Of a stretch of DNA of 64,000 nucleotides, positions 1-12,240 are shown piece by piece. Source of the DNA: Lytechinus pictus (lineage: Eukaryota); contig NC_087251.1 in NCBI RefSeq assembly GCF_037042905.1, positions 19,222,001 through 19,286,000 of the forward strand, written 5' to 3'. The stretch's first letter is position 1, and the number at the start of each line of letters is the position of its first letter. A model generated the notes under the pieces. The model was given only the letters and a program-made list of their open reading frames with translations. It made no database searches and was not told where the DNA came from. The translations under genes were made by a program, and so were the position numbers.

Positions 1-2
1 GA

Positions 3-467
3 AGCCCCACCAAGTCTAGGACAAGCCCTAAATCGAAATCTGTAAAGCGAAAACCAATGAAGAGTCCAAAGAGGAGCCCCCAGAGAAGTCCCAAGAGAAG
101 TCCCAAGAGAAGTCCCAAGAGAAGTCCTAAGAGAAGCCCAACGAAAAGCATGAAAAGTAGGCCAAAATCCATGGGAAAAACCAAAAGTGCCCCCAAATGG
201 AAGAAAGGTACAGCAAAGGCGGGGAAAGGTAGGTCACCTGTAAAACGAGGTGGTACCAAGATGAAACGGTCGAGGAACAAAAATAATAATATTGTTGAAT
301 CTAGTGAAAGCGAAACGTCGTATAGCGGCAGTTCAGATACCGAGGAAACCATATCGTCAACGTCATCATCGGAGAGCAGCTCTCTTGATTTGGAAACTGG
401 TTCTATTTCCGGAGACTCGGACGAATGGGATACAAGTATATCCTCAGATACACCACTATTACGATGA
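3..467 (+). CDS. 3' portion (probably last exon) of a Lys/Arg-rich protein with tandem SPKR (SPKK-type) motifs followed by an acidic Ser-rich tail; 5' end lies outside the window
   Basis: Frame is open from position 3 (SPTKSRTSPKSKSVKRKP) into the tracked ORF. Seven consecutive SP-x-K/R motifs are encoded by 12-nt repeats with synonymous variation. TGA at 465-467. Confidence 0.7.
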   Translation, partial: SPTKSRTSPKSKSVKRKPMKSPKRSPQRSPKRSPKRSPKRSPKRSPTKSMKSRPKSMGKTKSAPKWKKGTAKAGKGRSPVKRGGTKMKRSRNKNNNIVESSESETSYSGSSDTEETISSTSSSESSSLDLETGSISGDSDEWDTSISSDTPLLR

Positions 468-2728
468 TAGTTATTGCTCAAGTTTCTGATCCATGGCGAA
501 CTTTTCAGCTACAAAATGCTGAGAAGGGAGGGTAAATGTATTACCCAATTTTTTTAATTTTCTTTAATAGAAGTTATCGGATCTGTCTTTTGACGGAGAA
601 CAGGGAATGATGGCTAATTTTCAAGGTTTTGAATTGGAAAAGAGGTGGAGATGCTTTCTTACAAGACTTACACCTTTTCTTTCCATATTGATTTATATTC
701 AAATTGACACATTATCGACAACATCATTTTTTCTTTGTATAGCTTATCATAGCTTAGTATGCTGCAGGGGTGATAATTTTCCCAAAACTCCCCATCGGGG
801 GGTATTTAATGAAACAAAAAAACTCAGAGATTTTCACGTACTATTGTTATTATCTGCCGAATTTGTTGTATCTAATTGACGCAGAGGAATTTGGTAGTGA
901 AAATCACTGAATATTTGTGTAACGGTACATTCCCCTTGTTGCTTGTGTTATTTTCTAAATTTGATTATTTTGAGGGGAAAAATTATTTGCTGTTTTCTAG
1001 ATGGTTACAAACTCCATGTCCTTTCTCCATTCGGATGTTTTGTTCGTTTTCCCTCGATCTCGATAAAAGATACCCTCTTCAAGTGTAAAGGGGGTAATCG
1101 ATAATGGTTGTGCCGTGATCTGAATAACTAATGCCCTCAAAGTAAGTGAAATAGTTTGAGAGAAGTTACAAGAGTTTCAGACACGCATGGACTCCAACAT
1201 GAGGAGGTGGCTACATAGTGTTTTTGCGCCCCCAGCGGCAGTTAATTTGAAGTGTTTTCGAGCAAATGCAATCAGATCAAGATAGACAAATTGACGTCAT
1301 TCTTCAGGTCCCTCGAAAAAAAGACATTTATATGATTGGAACAAGTTTAAGGTATATCCCATTCCAGCTCATTTAGCGTTAACATTTGATTTTACAAATG
1401 AACTTTGCGGAGAAATTTCAGGCTAAAATATCGTAACCATCATATAGTCCCAAAAAAAGTAAAACCACCCCCTTTGTACTGAAACTCACATCATCTATAT
1501 CATCATAATTCTTAACATCATCATAGTCATTACTATTATATATTTTTTGAATGAATAGGAGTTTTACCCCCATGGCATGGTCAATAATTAATGTAAATAA
1601 ATTTACATTCATGGCAATTGTGCAATGAATGTTAACTGCCATAACGACTCCGGGCCAACATACAGGAGACTGAATGGGGGGGGGGGGGGGCAAGCGAGAT
1701 GGTCGCGTCTATGATTTCCCAAGGGATGAAATAACTAGGGCAAGAAAATTTGAATAAACGTATAAAACAAGAAATAAACAATGGTTGATATCCAACCATG
1801 ATACTAAAATAGAAAAGAAATAATGAAATTTAAATTCGGATTATAATGTCCCTGTCCCATAAACAACCCTAAGACCCTACTGTCACTCTGTATAAATTTG
1901 CATTTAGTGATTGTCTATCTTTTATGTATTATGCACACTAATGTAGGTTTGATTTACAATTACATCCCCACCGGGTGCTGTCGTGCACCTTGAATTGTGC
2001 CGTTATATAGCTACAATAAAGTTTGCACAGATGTAGGCTTACAGGTAAAGGAATTTGCACCTTTTTAATTCATGAAGTTATACGCAGACTATAAGTTGCA
2101 ATGTCGCAAGTTTTAGGCTAAAAATGAACATTTTCTAGCTAAAACAAGTACAAAATTGAAATTTTACATCTGTTTCACCTATTTTATAAGAATAGAATGC
2201 ACCCCAAAAGGTTTTGCTACTTGCAAGTGTTGCATTTAGGGTGCAAACACGAACCTTAATTTCATAGTGTGTAATACTGATTTTTATGATATGACTTTAA
2301 TGTATGAATTATATGACATGTATATTTGATTGTTTCCTTTATTAAGTGTGTGTAGAATCGGGCGTATGAAAATAAATGTAACTTCCCATTACATTTAAAT
2401 GCATTTGTATTTTAAAGTTTGGTGGTCAATACATGCAAGATAACATATTATTTTCTCGTGAACAAAGCGATGCCCGGCTTGCAACGCGTCCGGTTGGCAT
2501 CAAGTCGGTCATAAACCACTCCAAATTTAATTAGTACCCCATGATCACTCTAACCTTGACCCGATACACATTATCGCAATGATAACCGGTAATAATCGTT
2601 TAAAAGTAGATCGCTATGCATCATGGGAGACGGGATACTCGGTTTCAAGATTCGTCACGATGTCTTAAATCTTCTACTTTCCTCAAGTATCACATTTTCG
2701 ATGAACCTCTTTGTGATAGAGTATAGAT

Positions 2729-2894
2729 CACTAGCGTACCTACGGGGGGGGGGGCAGGGGGGGCACTCTGCCCCCCCTGACGAGTCACAACCCATGCAAA
2801 AAACGTATCTTTGCCCCCCCTGACGGGCTTGAAAAACCTTTTTTGCCCCCCCTGACGAGCTTTAAGACCTTCAATGCCCCCCTGACGAGCTTGA

Positions 2895-2939
<45 letters not shown>

Positions 2940-2984
2940 TGTCAAATTTTTTCTGATACGAAATCCTTTATTTGTGATCGAAGA

Positions 2985-3027
<43 letters not shown>

Positions 3028-3090
3028 TGTCAAATTTTTTGGCGGACGGTTTTGCCCCCCCCCCTGTGGAAAATCCTAGGTACGCCACTG
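2729..3090. mobile_element. Non-autonomous hAT-like MITE (family A)
   Basis: Termini CACTAGCGTA...TACGCCACTG; perfect 8-bp TSD GTATAGAT (2721-2728, 3091-3098); internal CCCCCCTGACG(A/G)G repeats; inverted copy at 58622-58911. Confidence 0.9.
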
Positions 3091-4324
3091 GTATAGATCA
3101 TTGTTTATTTCAAGAAGGAGCCCTGTAGGGTAGTCCAGAGTTAAAGTTGAGAGGGAAAAATAATTCGAGCTCAAATTATGAGGTGCTTGCAGCAAAGCAA
3201 ATCGATGTGCAATGCCGTTGAAATAGGCGAAATAATACAGTGTCAATCATTTACTTTTTAAACCGAGATACGCGTTTTCGAAAACATTCGATATCTTAGT
3301 GATGATTTTCGATGACTATCAGTTTCAGAGCAGCACAATTTGTAACTATTTGAATTATATTTATGATACAGGGATGGCCTTCAGCCTTTTTTACCACATG
3401 ATTTGTATGTGTTATGGTTTGAATCTGACATTGCATGGTTTTTACAAATAAATGCACTACCGGGATTGATTCTTTGTCCATGGTGGAAAAAAAAGTTCAT
3501 ATTCATCTTGGTATTAGAAGAAATCGCAATAACAAAAAAGGTAATTAAAGGGATATCTAAAGACAAGACCGTAATAACTAATCGTTTGCCCTAGAAAATC
3601 AAATTTCAAAAGTCGACCGTTTGTGGATTTATTTACTTTTTATTGTGGACCAAATCTACCTCCATCATCAACTGTCTTTGCCCACTAGAACCAAATTATT
3701 GAAACAGAGCGAGTCCTTTTCAAATAGAAACAGAGCCTGTATGAGCTTCAAAAGATTCTGTTTAGTTATACACTAGGACATTTTGGGATTTTTTGACAAA
3801 TTTTATTGAATTACTGCTTTTTCTACATGTTCTAAATAATTATGCAAGACCCCCAAAATAATCAGCAAACTCGAAACATTTTAAAGAGTGTTTGCTACTG
3901 TGAATTAACCGCATAGAGAAATAAATAAGATATGTTTTATTGATATGATGATCTCAGGAAGAAATACCGTTTCCTCAAACATCTTTCCACACTTTGTAGA
4001 TTATGAAAACATATATTGATTTATCAAAACACTCGAATTATCCCTCGTGTTATCTGACAAATTACACAATAATCAAAACATATTTTCTACCAAACAGTAA
4101 ACGACTTTCTTTCATAGGAAGAGTAAGATGATAAGGAGGCGGGTTAGCTTGGTATAATGATCACTGCATGATATCCTTAGCTCACTGGCGCCTCGTCTAT
4201 TATACGATCTAAATAAGATGGTAAACTGTCTCACCGTCAACAATAACTCCACGAGGAATGGTGACGGGGTAAAGCTATGTGGTCAGGGTTTGAGCAACCG
4301 AGTAGGCTTTTACAGATGAATGGG

Positions 4325-4490
4325 GATGATGTTAGTGGTAGTGATGATGATGAAGATGATGATGATGGTGGTGGTGATGATGATGGTAATGATTGATGAC
4401 GACGACGACGACGATGATGATGTTGATGATGATGACGATGTCTGATGTGTAATGTTGATGGTGAGGATGTATGATGATGATGACGACGAT
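4325..4490. repeat. Imperfect (GAT/GAC/GGT)n microsatellite
   Basis: Directly visible trinucleotide run; explains the His/Ser-rich spurious ORFs. Confidence 0.9.
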
Positions 4491-7400
4491 GCTTACTAAT
4501 GAATGTGAGAAAGAGAAAACAAGAGGAGGTTCGGAGCCTGAGAATATACGACGCTTCAAGAACTTTAGAGACCATTCCAGAGCAATCCTGATTGCTCCCC
4601 TACAAGGGTAACATTGACGCATTATGCAACTCTGCATGACATACATTCCAAATCAAACCCAAGAACTTTCTATTTGTGTCTTCATTGAATACGATTGTCT
4701 TCAGTAAGGGATCATTAAGGACATTTCAGTTTTAATCTCGGTCATTCATGTTTTTTTAGGGGCGATCAAGAACTCACCCGTCCACCTCCCCCTCTCTCTA
4801 TATATATATCTATCTCTAACTTAAAAACAGTGAAGGGACAACATTATTTTTTCTCCTCGAGCAAAATATTAAATGGATTTTTACTAGGCCATTCGTTAGA
4901 CTCAGCAAGACTTTGTGAATAATTTGAATACGAAGCTTCGTAACGTAATCCAAAATGGTTCCCTAGCGATTCTTCAAAGCATGCGAACATCTTTGATTAT
5001 ACGATTTGAACTTTGGACCCTGCATAACACAAAGTTCAATTATTTAACAGCAAGAGAAGATGCACATGCGATGAAATAAACATGATTTTAAAACGTAAGT
5101 ATGCCATTATTAGCTCACTAAAATTCCAGTTAAAAGTCTTGCCAGTTATGTGTATACAGGTATACTAACATCGTTATAATATAAGCACTAGTGTTCCCCA
5201 CCCCCTTTTCTTCCTTCTTATGACTTTGGATATACATACATGTATATCTGTGTTATCATTTCCTATGTTGTAAAATTGACCGCCCTTTCACAAGGTAAAA
5301 AAAAAATCGTAATTTGAATGATGATTCCAGTGAAAGATAAGGCTAATGACGAATTTTTAGCACGTGTGAACCAAACTAGAATCACGAACGCTAATCACAA
5401 TCACGAATTCAAATTCTACTCCGTAGGTGAATTCCAGTATAAAGTTTCACTCAAATTATGGTACGAATTTTCCGTGTGAAAGGTCTGATGATTCTAAAGA
5501 CGAATTTCAATCATCATTACAATGATGATTCAAGATTCACGTGTGAGAAGGCCCTAAGTTAAGTTGAAAAATGAAATAAAGCAAACTTGAATCTTGAACC
5601 TCTTCCTTAGGGCGTACGGAGCTATGCAGGGGACACGTAATTCGTCAAATTCATGCTAACAGCTGTAAAGCTGTATGGGTCCTTTAGGCCATGTTAGGCT
5701 GAAATCGTTGATTAAGTTAAGCAAAGAAAAGGGTTAAGTCAGAGAAGCACACAGATAATCGGTCAACGAAAATACAAAATACTTCCTGATTTGTATTCGA
5801 TAATTAGATAACTTATGTATATTGCATTATGCTACACCTTCTTTATGTTAATTTTCAATTAGTCATTTCTCTTTGTATATAGATGTATATCTTTATAATA
5901 ATTGGAAATCGATGTATTACTGATTTATATACGACATACACTTATGAATGTTTTTGTTTATGTTATCATTGTATATATTTTAAAACAAAATATTCATGCC
6001 ATATGAATGAAGTTTGTTAATAAAAAAATAAAAAAAACCCACACAGATGACTATAATAAACACCAGTTTAAGTTGTAAAGAATAGATAGGCGATGGTTCT
6101 TATTCATCTTTCTGATTCTTCATCGATCAATGTCAAATAGGCATTCATTCATACAAAGTGATATAGTCCATATATTAGTGACCGTTGACGGCACAATTAT
6201 GCAGAATTTTACGGAAGCAAATAAATATGTCTAAACGTTCAAGAAAACCCAACAAGGTAGTGAAACATCCGAAGCTGGATTTAACATTTGATGGGCATAG
6301 TTTGGGCATAAATTTGTGAAAACATGCAATGAATTTTAGATATGATTTTTCTTACGGAATGCAACACCTACCCTACCTAAACTTTAACATTGTTTACTGA
6401 CATCATAATATAAGCCTAATAACCGTGATAACAGTATTGCAAAGAGAGGAACAGAAATCAATAAACCTGCCAAACTTTTACCTGATTATAATAAAGGAAA
6501 TGTCATCTAACAAACATCTTCTTAGCTGCTTCTTAAATTATTGTGACTCAGAGAAAGCGATGCTCATTCTTTATAACAACCCTCTTTGTCTCCCTTTCTT
6601 CATACCATCCCTTAGCTCATTACATTTAATCAAGTTTAATCAACTTTAAACACCTCGACTGAATGTAGGTTAATGAACAAGAGATAAACAGTTCGAATCT
6701 AATCGCTTACAATAATCAGGGATGCAATACTGAAGGAGTTCGTTACACTTTTGTGACAGATACTGGTTCGATCGATGCGCCAAATGCTGTGTGAGAGTAG
6801 AAAGCTATCAAGACGGCGGGAAAAGCCACCGCTGGCTTTCCAAGAATATTACAGAGATTGAATTTGCGAATGGTGATAATGTAAAATCAGCACAAACGAG
6901 GATGGCGGCGCAAGTGGTAGGTCATTGACGCATTGAGCCCCCCCCCCCCCGAAAATATGAAAATAAAATTTAAAAAATAGCTATTTATTTTTTATTCATT
7001 TATTTATTCATATATTCATATTCCACAAATTTTCAAAGTACATTTCATAATTAATCATTACAATAGAAATATACATCACCTGCATGTGCAGTTTTGAAAC
7101 GTACAAATAAAATGAAAAAAAGTGCAGCGACTAGATATTAATTGGGGCCATTATCTACAAGCAATTTGCTTTTTTATGTTCCTTGCCATATTTTGTACTA
7201 TTTATTGCATAATTATGTACACTGAATGATTTATATATACATATATTTATGGTTGAATAAATTGAATTGAATATGGCAGATTGAGCAAAAGCTCTAAAAA
7301 CACACACTTTTACCGTTCTTAATGCAAGTTTGTTGATGGATTTAGACAAAGTATTCAGATATGATGTAATATTCCACTTTTCCTTGTCATTTTCTTTCTT

Positions 7401-7937
7401 TTTGTTATTCTTTGATCTATACTGTGTGGTATTACTGTATCAAACGAGAGAAAAGGGAGGGAGTATTTGGTGATGTTGGGAGAAGACAGCAAGCGATGAT
7501 CCAAAATTGGTTCTCCAATTTACGTCATCAGATATTTTCCATAATCCGATTCGTCTTCCAGCTCTTTGTGGATGTAGCCTGGGACTTACGACCGTCTATG
7601 ACGTCATACTTCCTTCCCGTCATCAGAACCTGGTTTTCATGTCACAAAAGTCGCGCAGATAGAAAAGCCGTGAAATATAAGGCTTTAAAACGTCAGGTAG
7701 TATTGGAATACTCCTTAGGTAGGGTATGGAGGCTGGCAGCTTGGAAGGGTAAAAGTGAAATCTAAATCAAATTTCATTATAGTTCTTATTCAGCTCTTAT
7801 TGGTGGAGGCGGAGAGACAGAGATGGGGGATGGGGAGAGAGACAGAGACAGAAAGAGAGAGTGAGAGAGAGGGGGGGGGGGTAGCCCCATGAATATCACA
7901 TTTTCATACCACGATTAAACAAGAAACTAACTGGGAC

Positions 7938-9821
7938 CAGCGGCGTAACAGGGGTCGGTGGCCAGGGGGGGGGGGGCAAAGCCAAAAATTTCCCGATCAT
8001 ATCATGGTATGAACAGGCGTAATGGTGTAATTGCGTATCGGGCAGAATCTATATTTTTTTTTTTTTTGAAAATGTGAGCGAGCGAAGCGAGCGAGCAAAA
8101 TTTTTGACAATTTCAATACAAAAATCCAAGTTTGTGATAGATTTTGACATGAAAATAATATATTTCACTCTTCTCTCTTTCCGTTTCTTTTTTGTGGTCT
8201 ATACGCCACTGTGAACAGGATTCTTTGCGGCAGTAGCGTGAAGAGTAAAAAAAATGAGGGGCGCAGTATGGCGCATGTGCTAAAAAGCTGCTTAAAGGTA
8301 TTGTTTAACTTTGTGAGCAGCCGATTTAAAAAATTCTCAAACCAAGATGAAACATGTGTACAAGTGCATGTATTAGAACCAATAAACCCTGAAAACAACC
8401 ATTATTGAGAATGAAAAGCTAAAACTACAAGGCAAACCCCGATTTTGTAAATAGGCGTCTTATAGACGCCTAAACAGTACACATAAGTGTATGGGATGAA
8501 ATTAAGATGGTGTTTTCGGTCACTATATATTTCAATTTTTGAAGCACTAAATAATTATTTTCGAACGCAATTTTTCTGGGCTTCATTTTTGTAACATATC
8601 ACAGACACAGGTGACAAGTGTGACCTAGCTCAGATTTTTTTTTTGTTAACCAATCACTTTAATATAAATCCCGAGCGAGCGAAGAATATAACTTTGAGAT
8701 ACCTTTTTGACATTATATTCAGTAAATAAAATCATAACCTACACTTTTACTTTGCTTTTCTTTTTCTTTCCTTTTTTTTTCTTGGTTGTAGAACTGTTGG
8801 GGCCATGGCCCAACCCTTCCATATACGGCAGTGCTATGCGGTTGATATCAAAGCCATTTAAACCTCGCAGATTGCCGCTATTTTAAATCAAATTGCGGGT
8901 ATATACAGAATTTATAGCTTTTACACAACACATTTATTCAACCCAGTTGCGTAATGAACCAAACATTTTGAGGGGGCAAAACATAGCAATGTAGGAAAAA
9001 AAAGGTCGCCAGCGAGCTGGAAAAAATTGCCTATTGAAATTAAATTCTAATTATGTAATAGATTTTTCCATTCTATTCAGCAAATAACACATTTCATTGT
9101 TTCTATTCATTTCATTATATGTTGTCTCCTATAATTTATTTTATTTCCTCTTTTGCGTGGAACCAAGATCCCCTCCCCCCGCGCCTGTACGCCAGTGATT
9201 GAACATAAAGCTTAATGTAGGAAGGGTCCCTACAGGGGGCGTTATAGAGCCATTTGAAGGTTATAGATGAAGAGCCCCTACTGCGTGGGGTCTGGGGCAA
9301 AGCCCCGGTAGCTTATTTGCATAAAATTTAGAAAGCTTATAGTACAATGTTGTATGCTGTCCATCTTTCTTCCCGCTCTTAATTTTCAATCCTCGGCAGC
9401 CCGGTCGTGTTATTAATTTTTTTTTCTTGTCCCTTTTCTTTGTTTTCCAATTTTATTTTTTGACTAATTTCATTCTACCTTCGTTTCCTGCTATTGTTTG
9501 CCACTTTGTCATCTTTTAATTTATTTCCAATCATGCTATTGCATTACATAGGCTTATTTCGGAATGATTTGTTCTTTCTCAAATGTTTTCTTTCGTTCCT
9601 TTTCCCGCTTTCCTTCCTTTAAATTCCATTAAAAAGAAATCTTCGTTTTCTTTTCATTTTTCATTTTTCATTTTCCCTTCCTCCTTTCCTTTTCCCCTTT
9701 CCTTCCCCTTTGTCTTTCTTTCTCCCTCCCTTTTCTCTTTTTCCCGTTTTTTTTATTTTCCCGGTGAAATCCGCCAGGGGGCAGCTTGCCCCCCCCCTGC
9801 CCCCCGCCTGTTACGCCACTG
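7938..9821 (+). mobile_element. 1.9-kb non-autonomous hAT-like element (family B), composite
   Basis: TIRs CAGCGGCGTAACAGG...CCTGTTACGCCACTG; perfect 8-bp TSD ACTGGGAC (7930-7937, 9822-9829); homologous inverted copy at 23434-24990. Confidence 0.9.
8296..8658. mobile_element. TTAA-target (Kolobok-like) MITE nested in the hAT element
   Basis: Flanked by TTAA (8292-8295, 8659-8662); imperfect termini AGGTATTGTTTAAC / GTTAACCAATCACT; the sister hAT copy has a single TTAA at the equivalent site (~24622). Confidence 0.8.
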
Positions 9822-10958
9822 ACTGGGACATTGATTGTATAGCGAAGTTCAGATTAAGCCACATGAATGGGACAAACTTTTGGTCATGACATTGAGTTGA
9901 TAATTTGTTTCATTTCTCAGAATCCTAGAGTAAAGAAGTCCCTCATATAAAGTTCGGCGAATATACTTCGATTGATATACACACCACTCGCTCTACAACG
10001 ATAAAAATATTTTCCAAAACACCCCTACCCAGCCTACTTCCACCCCCGCCATCATATCGGAGATCGTGTGTAACTGAGGATGTGACCTTTCATGTCAAGT
10101 ATTTTCTAGTTTGTAAACCTCATTAGGGTGTCCTGACACGAACAGCTGTCCGAGACTGCTTCTCACCCTCATCTCCATCTCGATAGAATCCTGAACGCAT
10201 CACTTAGAATAAACGACAACAACAACGGCAGCAGGAGCAACATCATCATCATCCTCATCAACAGAAACGAAGGATGCATCGCTGTCTTGGAAAGCACCCC
10301 GGGAGTGTGTTAAAGGGGTTTGTGATGTCTAGTCGGAGGATTTGGAGAATTGATTACAAGGATAGTCCACTCCTGCAGAGAATGGTGAATGATTTATAAA
10401 AATAAATTATTTAATATGAGCTATTTCCTTGTAGTGCCTTGACTTAAGTCTTCTAAAATCCATTAAAATAACATTGTTAATTGTTTCGTCAAAGACAAAG
10501 TCAAACCGTTAGGAATGCTTCAGCTCTCAGTGGGGTCAAATATTTTTGACGTCGACGATGAAGTTCAACTGGAGTGTACAAGTGTGGTTTGATCGTTCAT
10601 ATTCTGATGAGCCTAATAGTGAATGGTCTTTGTCAGAATCCTTTCTTAAAGGGGTCTCTTCAACCAAATATTGAGTTGACTAACAAAAATTATAATAAAG
10701 AGTCAAATCAAACAGTCAAAACAATTTCAATTTCGACATAATTTGCAGAATATTTATTTTGTAAAACAGTTGTGTTTGAATCCATTTGGCTGGTCATAGA
10801 ATGTGTGAAGTGTTTTTTTTTCTTAACACGAGAGAATTCGTATACATTTTTTTGATAGAAAATCAAGTGTTGCATAACATATTCTTTTATAATGAATTGG
10901 TATTATAGGGTGGGATTTGGGTGGTGAATTGATGTATATTATCATTACCAGTCTTAGG

Positions 10959-11186
10959 CATAGGCGGCGGGGGGGGGGGGGGGGACGTGTCCCCCTAAAT
11001 TTTAGGTGGGAGACGATCCCCCCTAAATTTTTTGTTGATTACCTTTTTTTTTCTTTCTTTTTTTGCTTGTCAATTTTGTTTCCTGCGTCCCCCCTCAAAT
11101 TTTTGGTTGAGATAACCTTTTTTTTTTTTTGCTTGTCAAAAAATTTTGGTGGTCCCCCATAAAATTTTTGGCTTCCGCCGCCAATG
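10959..11186. mobile_element. hAT-like MITE (family C)
   Basis: Termini CATAGGCGGCGG...CCGCCGCCAATG; perfect 8-bp TSD GTCTTAGG (10951-10958, 11187-11194). Confidence 0.9.
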
Positions 11187-11761
11187 GTCTTAGGTGTATT
11201 ATTATACCGACGATTGATAACAATATTACTTCCCTTTCTTTTGTTCGTCTTTGTATCAAACAAAACAGATTTTATTCTAATTTCCTCTCACCTAATGTAT
11301 GTATTTGAAAAGGGACGAAGAAGACCCAAGAGATAATCAGTTTATCCATGTATAATAGACTTAGTTAGTCCCAGGAACAGAAAATGTTAGTCTTTCTCAT
11401 TTCATGTTATACAAATAAAAACGAAAAGATGGCTTGGAACACAATATGGAAACGATGCAAAATAAAGAAAGATTTTCAAATCTAATTTCATAAGTGAAAA
11501 AATTCTACCTTAATTTGATCTCTGGTTTGAGTATACTTCTTTCCACGCTTGATCATGACCTATCATAATAGAGAAATGGAAAATGTAAAAAAAAAAAATC
11601 ATCGGCAAACAACCTCTGGAGAGTCAGGAAGAATTGAAAGTCTTTAAGTGGCTTCCATGAAACACTTGAAAAAAGTTCTTTGTCAGTTACTCTCTTCCCT
11701 TTGCTCATCCATTATCCTCCCCTCGACCCCTCCCCTATGCAGGTCAAAACTTCCTCACCTT

Positions 11762-11938
11762 CCTGGTGGCTGTTTCATAAAGCTGTTCGTAAGTTAAGAG
11801 CGACTTTAAGAACGACTGGTGAACCTTTCTTTTAAATGGTATATTGAATTGGCGATGCTTTAGCGCGTAAGAAGGGTTCACCAGTCGCTCTTAAAGTCGC
11901 TCTTAATTTACGAACAGCTTTGTGAAGCGGCCCCCAGG
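11762..11938. mobile_element. MITE with ~60-bp terminal inverted repeats
   Basis: Left arm CCTGGTGGCTGTTTCATAAAGCTGTTCGTAAGTTAAGAGCGACTTTAAG... is matched by ...CTTAAAGTCGCTCTTAATTTACGAACAGCTTTGTGAAGCGGCCCCCAGG; TSD not clear. Confidence 0.8.
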
Positions 11939-12134
11939 CTACATTGTTTTCCATCTACCCGTAACGGTCATGACGGTGTACACTTCACCGCTAATATTGC
12001 AATGCTTCCAGCATCTGAGGTTGAGACAGGCTAGAGCATCGATAGGAGAGGTGCTAAAATCCATCTTTCTCGTGTTTTCTTCCCTTTCCCCATCTTATCC
12101 CCTTTTCGCGTCAACTGAAAATGGGGGTCCAGAC

Positions 12135-12240
12135 CATTGGCGGCGGAGCAGAGGATTATCTTTTGTGTTTGGGGGGGGGGGCGTATTGTTGCGTCCCCCC
12201 CCCTAAACACAAAAGATAATCCTCTGCTCCGCCGCCAATG
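12135..12240. mobile_element. 106-bp hairpin hAT-like MITE (family C termini)
   Basis: Near-perfect ~45-bp inverted arms CATTGGCGGCGGAGCAGAGGATTATCTTTTGTGTTT...; perfect 8-bp TSD GTCCAGAC (12127-12134, 12241-12248). Confidence 0.92.

Noticed and set aside
2775..2900. Repeated CTGACGA matching the hammerhead CUGANGA box
   Set aside because: No stem II/GAAA/stem III arrangement; explained as hAT subterminal repeats.
4237..4646. His/Ser-rich ORFs (similarly 51262-51608, 56552-56770, 40880-41270)
   Set aside because: Translations of microsatellite or low-complexity DNA.
7426..7738. Minus-strand frame of ~100 codons interrupted only by TGA codons (selenoprotein idea), also considered together with TGA-GGG-TGA at 10163-10171
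   Set aside because: No recognisable selenoprotein motif, no SECIS identified, and no convincing splice path; TGA-only frames of this length occur by chance.
10603..10630. CTGATGAGCCTAATAGTGAATGGTC resembles a hammerhead core
   Set aside because: Stem II is broken, GAAA is absent and stem I is not supported.
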